Assembly (NCBI GenBank): GCA_046704965.1
Contig: JBJKQX010000165.1
Location: 1 to 33,874, forward strand
Length of the DNA: 33,874 nucleotides
Source: Candidatus Binataceae bacterium
GTDB lineage: Bacteria > Desulfobacterota > Binatia > Binatales > Binataceae
Direction of reading: 5' to 3'
Below the pieces are notes generated by a model, which was given only the letters and a program-made list of their open reading frames with translations, searched no databases and was not told the origin of the DNA. Both the position numbers and the translations under genes were made by a program. Every line of letters starts with the position of its first letter. Within the stretch, counting starts at the first letter, position 1. Shown here in pieces: positions 1 to 6,865 of this stretch.

Positions 1-563
1 TTGCGGAAACCGAGGAACGCGCGCAGGAGCTTGGCAAGGGCTTCCTGTTTGGCGGCGGACAGAACGCCTTCGCGCGCCCCGAGCATACGTTGCCGCCGGG
101 CTACAACTCTAAGGACGCCATCCGCAGGCTCGCCAGGCAACCGCACGGAAGCTGGCTGGGTGTAAGCGGCACCAAACTCCGCGGTCATATCGAGGAGCAG
201 CGTATCGACCCCGAAGAAGTCCATCGCAGACTTGAACCGGGTTACCAGCGCGCACAGAACAACCTTCAGTTCATAATCGGCAATCCGGAAAGCGTGACCA
301 GGAAACTCAAAACGATCGTTTCGGTCCTGCGTCCGGGCTCACTGGTTCTGTTCAACGTGCAGGGACACGTCAGCAATGAGGATCGTCAGACCAGTATGCG
401 GCTCTTTGCCCAGGAAGTGGCGCCCGCGTTGCGCGAGTTTGCGGACAGTATCGGGATCGTCGATGCGTTCGAGCGCAAACCGGGTTCGGTCAAGGTTGCT
501 TCAGGGGTGAAGCGCGATCCGGTGTCCGACCGGGGCCCGCTCAAGGAGTTGGGACTGGCCTGA
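1..563 (+). CDS. LLM-class (luciferase-like) flavin/F420-dependent oxidoreductase, C-terminal fragment; 5' end lies outside the window
   Basis: The frame is open from nt 3 (AETEERAQELGKGFLFGGGQNAF...) into listed ORF 90..563. The tail FIIGNPESVTRKLKTIVSVLRPGSLVLF resembles the GTPE-V-L C-terminal region of luciferase-like monooxygenases. Family call is by recall only. Confidence 0.55.
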   Translation, partial: AETEERAQELGKGFLFGGGQNAFARPEHTLPPGYNSKDAIRRLARQPHGSWLGVSGTKLRGHIEEQRIDPEEVHRRLEPGYQRAQNNLQFIIGNPESVTRKLKTIVSVLRPGSLVLFNVQGHVSNEDRQTSMRLFAQEVAPALREFADSIGIVDAFERKPGSVKVASGVKRDPVSDRGPLKELGLA

Positions 564-679
564 GTTTTTCAGTATCACTACTGCGAATGAACGGGGCACG
601 CGGACTTGGCCGGTTGGCATAGGGTCAGGTAATGCATAACCGTCACGTTAATCGATTTTAATCCGGGAGAGATTATAAA

Positions 680-1111
680 ATGGCAGCCGAAGACGTTATA
701 GCTATTGAGCAGCTCCTGTATCGTTATTGTTTCGCGGTGGACATGGGTACGTCCGACGACGTAGCCGCGTTGTTCCACGAGAAAGCGGTTCTGATGCCTC
801 TGTACGCGGGCGATCCGCCGGCCAAAGGGCGCGCCGCGATCCACGAATGGTACACGAACTACCATCGCAATCTGCGCGGCAGCGTTGAGCATCTGCGCCA
901 CTGCGTGACCAATCCCGTTATCGAAGTGTCGGGCAACGAAGCGACCGCGCAGTGCTACCTGACCGCCAACTCGATTACGAAGGCGACCGGAAAGCCCACC
1001 TGGGTGGCAGGCCACTACGTCGACAAACTGGTCAAGGAAGGTGGACGCTGGCTGTTCATGGAGCGTCAGATCCATGTGCACTACGCGACCGAGAGCAGTA
1101 TGGCGTCGTAG
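680..1111 (+). CDS. SnoaL-like / NTF2-fold domain protein
   Basis: 143 aa. IEQLLYRYCFAVDMGTSDDVAALFHEKAVL ... GRWLFMERQIHVHY is the typical SnoaL_4/NTF2-like pattern. GGGAGAG Shine-Dalgarno lies about 9 nt upstream of the ATG. Confidence 0.7.
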   Translation: MAAEDVIAIEQLLYRYCFAVDMGTSDDVAALFHEKAVLMPLYAGDPPAKGRAAIHEWYTNYHRNLRGSVEHLRHCVTNPVIEVSGNEATAQCYLTANSITKATGKPTWVAGHYVDKLVKEGGRWLFMERQIHVHYATESSMAS

Positions 1112-1630
1112 CGCCGGACGTTGGCGCATGACCTGAACCGGTCGATGCGTCACACATGACCGAATATCTGCCGTCCGGCAGTGAAAGGGCGGAAGGCATG
1201 AGTGACGGTTTATCAGCGGCTGAGAAGTGTAAACCGCTGTGCAGCTGACGCTCGTGTCTTTCGCTCGTCTTTATGCTTCCAGTTTATGTTGGCGGAAGAT
1301 TCGCTGAATATTTTGGGGTGAGCGGATGTCAAAACGCTCGGAATCGCCGGTGGATGCAGTCTCGTTACAGTTGCCTCAGGCCGGTTTGAGCAGGCCGAGT
1401 CATGCCCGCTCAAAGGGTGCGACATGCAGGCTATTTAAGTCTCACGCGCGACCGGTTCCTTAACCTTTACCGCAGGCCCGATCCATGAGATTTCATGGAT
1501 AGTGGTGCCAGGGGCAGGCACGTCCAACGAAGTAGGGTGCGTGCGGCGAGACCAAAGCCTCGCCGGGCTTCATGCGTCGGGAGTGGCCTGACGGTTTGAA
1601 AATGCGCGGAATCATAACAGGAGAGCAACA

Positions 1631-1894
1631 TTGAAAGGACTTGCGATTTCGGTTCTGGTTCTTGGTTTCATCGTCCTGGCTGGTGCCGGAGCGGTGTTGT
1701 TCATGATCTTCAGCCCGTCCGTAACCATCCTTCCCACCACGGTACTGACGGCCGGGGTCGAGGGAATTCTCCTGCTGGCGCTGTGCAACATCGGTCTGGC
1801 GGTGGTCGTGATTTCGAAATCCCCGCGGCGGAAGCCTGCTGAATCTGCGCCGACCGTCGGCGCGCCGACCGGGCCCGTCGAGCCGAGCCTGTAA
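1631..1894 (+). CDS. hypothetical small membrane protein (two predicted TM helices, Pro-rich tail)
   Basis: TTG start preceded by a GGAGAG SD 8 nt upstream. Two hydrophobic stretches (ISVLVLGFIVLAGAGAVLFMIF; GILLLALCNIGLAVVVI) are followed by RRKPAESAPTVGAPTGPVEPSL. I recognise no family. Confidence 0.4.
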   Translation: MKGLAISVLVLGFIVLAGAGAVLFMIFSPSVTILPTTVLTAGVEGILLLALCNIGLAVVVISKSPRRKPAESAPTVGAPTGPVEPSL

Positions 1895-2066
1895 CCGCAG
1901 GCGGGTTGAAGAAGCGGATTGAACTCACCGCGTCCGCGATACACCCGCACATCTTGCCTCCGTCCGCGAAAAGGTCGAAACTTCCGCGGCGGCAATCCTC
2001 GTGTGCCCTGGAGTTAACCAACTCGCCGGTGGCGCTTGTGGCAGTTTGTCGTGACAATATCGTTTT

Positions 2067-2092
2067 GCGGATGGTCGCGTCCGCGTCTTTTT
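2067..2092 (+). terminator. possible intrinsic terminator/attenuator hairpin just upstream of glgB
   Basis: GCGGATG-GTCG-CGTCCGC forms a stem of about 7 bp (one G-U), followed by GTCTTTTT. It ends 17 nt before the glgB ATG. The stem is short, so this is tentative. Confidence 0.3.
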
Positions 2093-2108
2093 CGAAGCGA
2101 CGGACAGC

Positions 2109-4349
2109 ATGGTTGCAATGAAGAACCCGGCTAAAACCGATAAGGGCGTGATTGAGGCGCGGGAAGCCTGGCGCGCTTCCGACGAAGAAACCCAGCGGTT
2201 GCTGGCGCTTGGTCATCCCGATCCGCACGCGATCCTCGGCATCCATCCGACGCCCGACGGAGTCGTTGTGCGCGCCTATCGCCCCGACGCGGAACAGGTC
2301 GTTTTGATTATCGAGGAAAAGACCCGTGTTCCGATGGAGCAGAGGCACGAGGCCGGGTTTTTCGAAGTGCTTGTTCCCGGTCGCCGCGAAGTTTTCCGCT
2401 ACCTTCTCGAAGTTCGCTATCCCTCGGGCGAGACGTATACAATCGTCGATCCTTACAGTTTCCTTCCTACGCTTGGAGACCTCGATCTTCACCTGTGGGC
2501 CGAGTGCCGCCACGATCGCGCCTACGACAACCTCGGCGCGCATCCTCGCGAGATTGACAGGATAAGGGGCGTCTCGTTCGCGGTATGGGCGCCCAACGCG
2601 CTCGGCGTGAGCGTGATAGGCGACTTCAACAGATGGGACGGGCGGCTTCACCCGATGCGCGCGATGGGAAGCTCGGGCGTGTGGGAATTGTTCGTGCCCG
2701 ACGTCGTGGTCGGCTCCCGCTATAAATACGAGATCCGTACGCGCGACGGCGGACTGCTGCTCAAGGCCGATCCGTTCGCGACCCGCATGGAGACGCCGCC
2801 CGCGACCGCGTCGGTCGTGTTTCAGTCGACCTATCGGTTCCGCGACGACAAATGGATGGAGGGGCGGAGTGGACGCGAGGCGATCCGAAGCCCGATGTCA
2901 ATCTACGAGGTGCATCCCGGCTCGTGGCGACGCGTTCCGGAACAGGACAACCGCTCGCTAAGTTATCGAGAACTGGCTGAGCAGCTTGGCGATTACGTCG
3001 TCGAGATGGGATTTAACCACGTCGAATTGATGCCCGTCATGGAGCATCCTTTCGCGGGTTCGTGGGGCTACCAGGTCAGTGGCTATTTCGCGCCGACCTC
3101 GCGGTTTGGAAACCCCGACGACTTCCGTTTCTTCGTCGACGAGATGCATCGACGCAATATCGGCGTGATTCTGGACTGGGTGCCGGCCCATTTCCCCAGC
3201 GACGAGTTCAGCCTCGGGCGCTTCGACGGCTCGGCCCTGTTCGAACATCTGGACCCGCGCCAGGGATATCATCCCGAGTGGGGTACGTACATTTTCAACT
3301 ACGGGCGCAGCGAGGTGAAGAGTTTCCTCATTGCAAGCGCGCTCTACTGGCTCGGCGAGTTTCACGTTGACGGGCTTCGCGTCGACGCGGTGGCCTCGAT
3401 GATTTACCTCGACTACGCGCGGCGCGACGGCGAATGGGTTGCCAACGCGTTCGGAGGCAAGGAAAACCTGGAGGCGATTTCGTTCGTGCGCGAACTGAAC
3501 GAACGAGTGTACGCACTCAACCCGGGAATCGTGATGCTGGCCGAGGAATCGACCTCGTGGCCTGCGGTGAGCAGGCCGACCCACGCGGGAGGCTTGGGCT
3601 TCGGACTCAAGTGGGACATGGGCTGGATGCACGATACGCTCGAGTACTTCTCGCTCGACCCGGTCTATCGTCGCTACCATCATCGCGACCTTACCTTCGG
3701 GATGCTTTACGCGTGGACCGAAAATTTCGTTCTGCCGCTGTCGCATGACGAGGTCGTGCACGGCAAGCGCTCGATGCTTTCCAAAATGCCGGGTGACCGA
3801 TGGCAGCAGTTCGCCAATCTGCGCGCTCTTTACGCGTATATGTGGGCGCGATGCGGAAAGAAGCTGCTGTTCATGGGCGGCGAGTTGGGTCAGTGGCGGG
3901 AATGGGACCATGACGAGAGCCTCGACTGGAACCTCCTCGACTACGACGAGCATCGCGGTCTCCAGCGCCTGGTGCGCGATCTCAACTGGCTCTACCGCTC
4001 CGAGCCGGCACTATGGGAGGCGGACGTCGAACCGGCGGGATTTCAGTGGATAGCGCCCGACAGCGCCGACGACAACATGATTGCTTTCATGCGGATCGCG
4101 CCGTCGAACGGGCAGAAGATCGTTTGCGTATGCAATTTCTCGCCGGTGATGCGCCGTCCGTGCCGAATCGGCGTACCCGCGCCGGGCTACTATCGCGAGA
4201 TTCTCAACACGGATTCGTCGCATTACGGCGGATCGAATCAGGGCAACTCGGGCGGAGTGGAGGCGCAGGACATCGAGCGGTTCGGGTTTCCGTGCTCGAT
4301 CGCGATCACGATGCCGCCGCTTTCCGTGCTGTGGTTCTCCGCCCCATGA
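2109..4349 (+). CDS. glgB: 1,4-alpha-glucan branching enzyme
   Basis: 746 aa. GH13 catalytic blocks are present: GLRVDAVASMIYLDY, LAEESTSWP, LPLSHDEVVHGK. The N-terminal CBM48-like region is WAPNALGVSVIGDFNRWDG. Confidence 0.95.
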   Translation: MVAMKNPAKTDKGVIEAREAWRASDEETQRLLALGHPDPHAILGIHPTPDGVVVRAYRPDAEQVVLIIEEKTRVPMEQRHEAGFFEVLVPGRREVFRYLLEVRYPSGETYTIVDPYSFLPTLGDLDLHLWAECRHDRAYDNLGAHPREIDRIRGVSFAVWAPNALGVSVIGDFNRWDGRLHPMRAMGSSGVWELFVPDVVVGSRYKYEIRTRDGGLLLKADPFATRMETPPATASVVFQSTYRFRDDKWMEGRSGREAIRSPMSIYEVHPGSWRRVPEQDNRSLSYRELAEQLGDYVVEMGFNHVELMPVMEHPFAGSWGYQVSGYFAPTSRFGNPDDFRFFVDEMHRRNIGVILDWVPAHFPSDEFSLGRFDGSALFEHLDPRQGYHPEWGTYIFNYGRSEVKSFLIASALYWLGEFHVDGLRVDAVASMIYLDYARRDGEWVANAFGGKENLEAISFVRELNERVYALNPGIVMLAEESTSWPAVSRPTHAGGLGFGLKWDMGWMHDTLEYFSLDPVYRRYHHRDLTFGMLYAWTENFVLPLSHDEVVHGKRSMLSKMPGDRWQQFANLRALYAYMWARCGKKLLFMGGELGQWREWDHDESLDWNLLDYDEHRGLQRLVRDLNWLYRSEPALWEADVEPAGFQWIAPDSADDNMIAFMRIAPSNGQKIVCVCNFSPVMRRPCRIGVPAPGYYREILNTDSSHYGGSNQGNSGGVEAQDIERFGFPCSIAITMPPLSVLWFSAP

Positions 4350-4496
4350 ACGAGACTTGTCGACGATGGTTCGAATTTGTCCGGGAAGATAAGCTGCTAG
4401 AGGCATTTCAAATGCAAAACGTCGTGCTTTTGGTCGAAATGCGCTGAAAGCGTTAAGAGCCGGCGCTGGTCGTTTGTGGCGGCCAAGGGGGGATAC

Positions 4497-5153
4497 ATGG
4501 GCGCTTCTTCGGACAAGTTCAGTAGATACGTTGGATTCAAGGGCCGAATCCTGGCTGGTTTACGAAGAGCAACGAACCGCGTGAACGGCGATTCGAACAG
4601 CTGGCTGCGCAGAGAGATAGGCCTCGCTGAATTTATGGCGGGCCTGATGGTGCTCGCGACCGTTTTCAGTGCGATAGCGGCCTGGCGCGCGACCACAATA
4701 AGTTCGGCACTCTACGACGCCGCGGAGCGTCCCTACTTCGGGGTCTCGAGCGTTGCCCTCGCGCGTCCTGGTGGGCAGGATGCCGAAGTTCTGGTCACGT
4801 TTCGGAATTTCGGCAAGGTGGAGTCCTACGGTACCAGGATTGGCGAGAAAGTTTTCGTCGATGGCAAGCCGCCCACGGGTGGAACATTCAAGCTCGATGC
4901 GGGAATTCTTTCGCCATTCGTCCCACACCGCATATTCGTCTATCTGCCGTCTGACGAGGTCGGCAAGATTTTGTCCGGCGAAACCGGTCTGAGCGTGGTT
5001 GTCACGGCGTCCTATCGCGGCCCCGTCGACCCGACCCTGTGCTACGCGGAGCGATTTGCCTACGTGCCCGCCATACGGTCGTTTCAGGTCGACGGCGGCT
5101 CGACTCGATGCGCACGAACAAATTACTGGAGTAAAGGGGGCCCACGGCGTTGA
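4497..5153 (+). CDS. hypothetical membrane-anchored protein
   Basis: ATG at 4497 has a strong AAGGGGGG SD; the listed ORF starts at GTG 4476. Basic N-terminus, one TM helix (LAEFMAGLMVLATVFSAIAAW), then a roughly 150-aa beta-rich domain. No recognised family. Its stop overlaps a TTG in the yacG frame. Confidence 0.5.
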   Translation: MGASSDKFSRYVGFKGRILAGLRRATNRVNGDSNSWLRREIGLAEFMAGLMVLATVFSAIAAWRATTISSALYDAAERPYFGVSSVALARPGGQDAEVLVTFRNFGKVESYGTRIGEKVFVDGKPPTGGTFKLDAGILSPFVPHRIFVYLPSDEVGKILSGETGLSVVVTASYRGPVDPTLCYAERFAYVPAIRSFQVDGGSTRCARTNYWSKGGPRR

Positions 5154-5200
5154 AGGCCGAGGGCGGATTTGGCAGCCTATTAAAATCGCAAGTGAAGACA

Positions 5201-5392
5201 ATGCGCTGTCCGATTTGCCATAAGCAGGTCGACGCCACGCCCGCCAACCGTTACCGTCCGTTCTGCTCCGAGCGATGCCGCATGGTTGACCTCGGAACAT
5301 GGGCAGGCGAGGAGTACAGGATAGCGGGCGGAAAAGTCGACGACCTCGAGCATCCCGACGACCTTCCCAACAAGAAGAGGCTCCTGCATTGA
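5201..5392 (+). CDS. yacG: DNA gyrase inhibitor YacG (zinc-finger protein)
   Basis: CPICHKQV...YRPFCSERCRMVDLGTWAGEEYRI matches the YacG pattern CPxC...FRPFCSxRCxxIDLGxWAxEExRI. The ATG at 5201 is preferred over the listed TTG at 5150. Confidence 0.8.
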   Translation: MRCPICHKQVDATPANRYRPFCSERCRMVDLGTWAGEEYRIAGGKVDDLEHPDDLPNKKRLLH

Positions 5393-5413
5393 GCCCCGCG
5401 GTGCTGTGTCGCG

Positions 5414-6247
5414 ATGGCTTCTAGCCCCGATTCAGGCGGCGGCACACGCATACATCCCACGGCCGTCGTCGGAACCGAGGTTGGTCTTGACGACGGCGTA
5501 GAAATCGGCCCGTTTTGTTTTCTCGACGGCGCGATCCGGCTCGGCGCGGGCACCCGGCTCGTAAGTCACGTCACCATCCTGGGCGATACCGAACTGGGCG
5601 AGAATAATGTCGTCCATCCCAACGTGGTGATCGGCGACGAACCACAGGATCTTTCCTACAGCGGAGGCCGTCGTCGGGTACGGATAGGAAACCGCAACGT
5701 CTTTCGCGAAGGCACGACGATTCATCGCGGCAGCGAAAGGGGCGAAGTTACCGTAATCGGCGACGACAATTTTTTTATGCAGAACTCGCACGCGGCGCAC
5801 GATTGCCGAATCGGCAACGGCACGATAATCGCCGGCGGCGCGTTGCTGGCGGGATGGGTTGAGGTGAGCGACGGGGCGATCGTCTCCGGCAATTGCGTCG
5901 TGCATCAGTTCACCCGGATCGGGCGGCTTGCGATGCTGCGTGGTTTGAGCCGAACCAGCCGTGACGTTCCCCCGTTCTGCATCATGGACCTGACCCACAC
6001 CCTGCGCGGGATAAACGTGGTGGGACTTAGGCGCGCTGGCTTCGATCTTGCGAGAATTCGTGCCCTGAAGGACGCATTCGGTGTGCTGTTCGGGCGGCGT
6101 CAGAACCTCAAACTGGCCCTTGAGAGGCTTCTTTCCGAAGACTCGACAACGGCCGAGGTACGCGAGATGGTGGCTTTTATTCGATCCTCGAAGCGGGGTG
6201 TAGCGTTTGGAGCCGGAAATAGGGCGGCAGATGCAGACATCGATTGA
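5414..6247 (+). CDS. lpxA: acyl-ACP--UDP-N-acetylglucosamine O-acyltransferase
   Basis: Colinear with E. coli LpxA: IHPTAVV, IGPFC, hexapeptide repeats, NSHAAHDC (catalytic His), VHQF, SRDVPPF, GINVVGLRRAGF. Confidence 0.9.
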   Translation: MASSPDSGGGTRIHPTAVVGTEVGLDDGVEIGPFCFLDGAIRLGAGTRLVSHVTILGDTELGENNVVHPNVVIGDEPQDLSYSGGRRRVRIGNRNVFREGTTIHRGSERGEVTVIGDDNFFMQNSHAAHDCRIGNGTIIAGGALLAGWVEVSDGAIVSGNCVVHQFTRIGRLAMLRGLSRTSRDVPPFCIMDLTHTLRGINVVGLRRAGFDLARIRALKDAFGVLFGRRQNLKLALERLLSEDSTTAEVREMVAFIRSSKRGVAFGAGNRAADADID

Positions 6248-6366
6248 CGACGCCCAAGTTGTTACCGAGGGTCAAGACTGGCAGAATCTGATGGGTTGCA
6301 ACAGGCTGTTTGCGCGTCTTGGGAGTATCTTTTGCGCGCAAGTGGCGCATTTGGACACATAATCCT

Positions 6367-6843
6367 ATGCGAACGAAGTTCCGATTTGTTCTCGGGGCAG
6401 GCCTGATCGTCGCAGCGGTCGCCTATCTTATCGTGGCTGCCGTTCAGAGCACCGCCGAATATTACCTAACCGTTAACCAAGTGAATGCCCGCGGCACCAA
6501 GCTGGTAGGACAGAACTTGCGCGTTGGAGGCAGCGTCAAACCGGGAACCGTCAGTTGGGATCCGAAGACCCTGACTCTAAAATTCGCGATCGTCCAACCC
6601 CACGCTCCGGGCAAGGCAGCCGTGACGCGCGTAGCGCAGAGTAATATTGGCAACGCGGCCGTCGATCCGGACCCGGCGCCCTCGTTCTTTGTTACCTGCG
6701 TGGGCGAGCCCAAACCTGACATGTTCGCGCCTGGCCGCGACGTAATCGTTCAGGGACGGCTCGAATCCGGTGGCAAGATCGAGGCGACACAGGTTTTGAC
6801 CAAGTGTCCCTCCAAGTATCAGGCGCTTCGCAAGGGAAGTTAG
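6367..6843 (+). CDS. ccmE: cytochrome c maturation haem chaperone CcmE, Cys-variant (CPSKY)
   Basis: N-terminal TM anchor and OB-fold pattern (LRVGGSVKPGTVSW; DMFAPGRDVIVQGRL). The C-terminal VLTKCPSKY aligns to VLAKHDENY of E. coli CcmE. The ATG at 6367 is preferred over the listed TTG at 6310. Confidence 0.85.
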   Translation: MRTKFRFVLGAGLIVAAVAYLIVAAVQSTAEYYLTVNQVNARGTKLVGQNLRVGGSVKPGTVSWDPKTLTLKFAIVQPHAPGKAAVTRVAQSNIGNAAVDPDPAPSFFVTCVGEPKPDMFAPGRDVIVQGRLESGGKIEATQVLTKCPSKYQALRKGS

Positions 6844-6864
6844 TTTCCAGGGAAAGTTAGTTTC
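6834..6864. repeat. tandem near-duplicate (GGGAAGTTAGTTTC / GGGAAAGTTAGTTTC) spanning the ccmE stop and the ccmF ribosome-binding region
   Basis: Read directly: 6834-6847 and 6850-6864 differ by one extra A and are separated by CA. Confidence 0.6.
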
Positions 6865-6865
6865 G

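Noticed and set aside
1213-1425. 70-aa minus-strand ORF in the long spacer
   Set aside because: It has no SD, a Ser/Pro/His-rich composition and no family resemblance. I treat the region as non-coding or unknown rather than calling a gene.
1710-2651. 313-aa minus-strand ORF spanning the glgB start region
   Set aside because: It is antisense to the glgB N-terminus and to the small membrane ORF. The composition is low-complexity and Arg-rich, with no family resemblance and no ribosome-binding site. It is a shadow ORF.
2958-3953. 331-aa minus-strand ORF inside glgB
   Set aside because: It is antisense to the best-conserved GH13 catalytic core of glgB. It is a shadow ORF.
4368-4376. GGTTCGAAT, the canonical tRNA T-loop motif, downstream of glgB
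   Set aside because: The flanking bases (GATGG ... TTGTC) cannot form the 5-bp T-stem. No acceptor, D or anticodon arms can be drawn around it. It is not a tRNA.
6310-6366. N-terminal extensions of listed ORFs: ccmE from TTG 6310, ccmB from 10668, ccmC from 11294, yacG from TTG 5150, tsaE from TTG 24032
   Set aside because: The extensions overlap upstream genes or encode Arg-rich non-homologous sequence. Internal ATGs (6367, 10707, 11387, 5201, 24065) coincide with where family homology begins.
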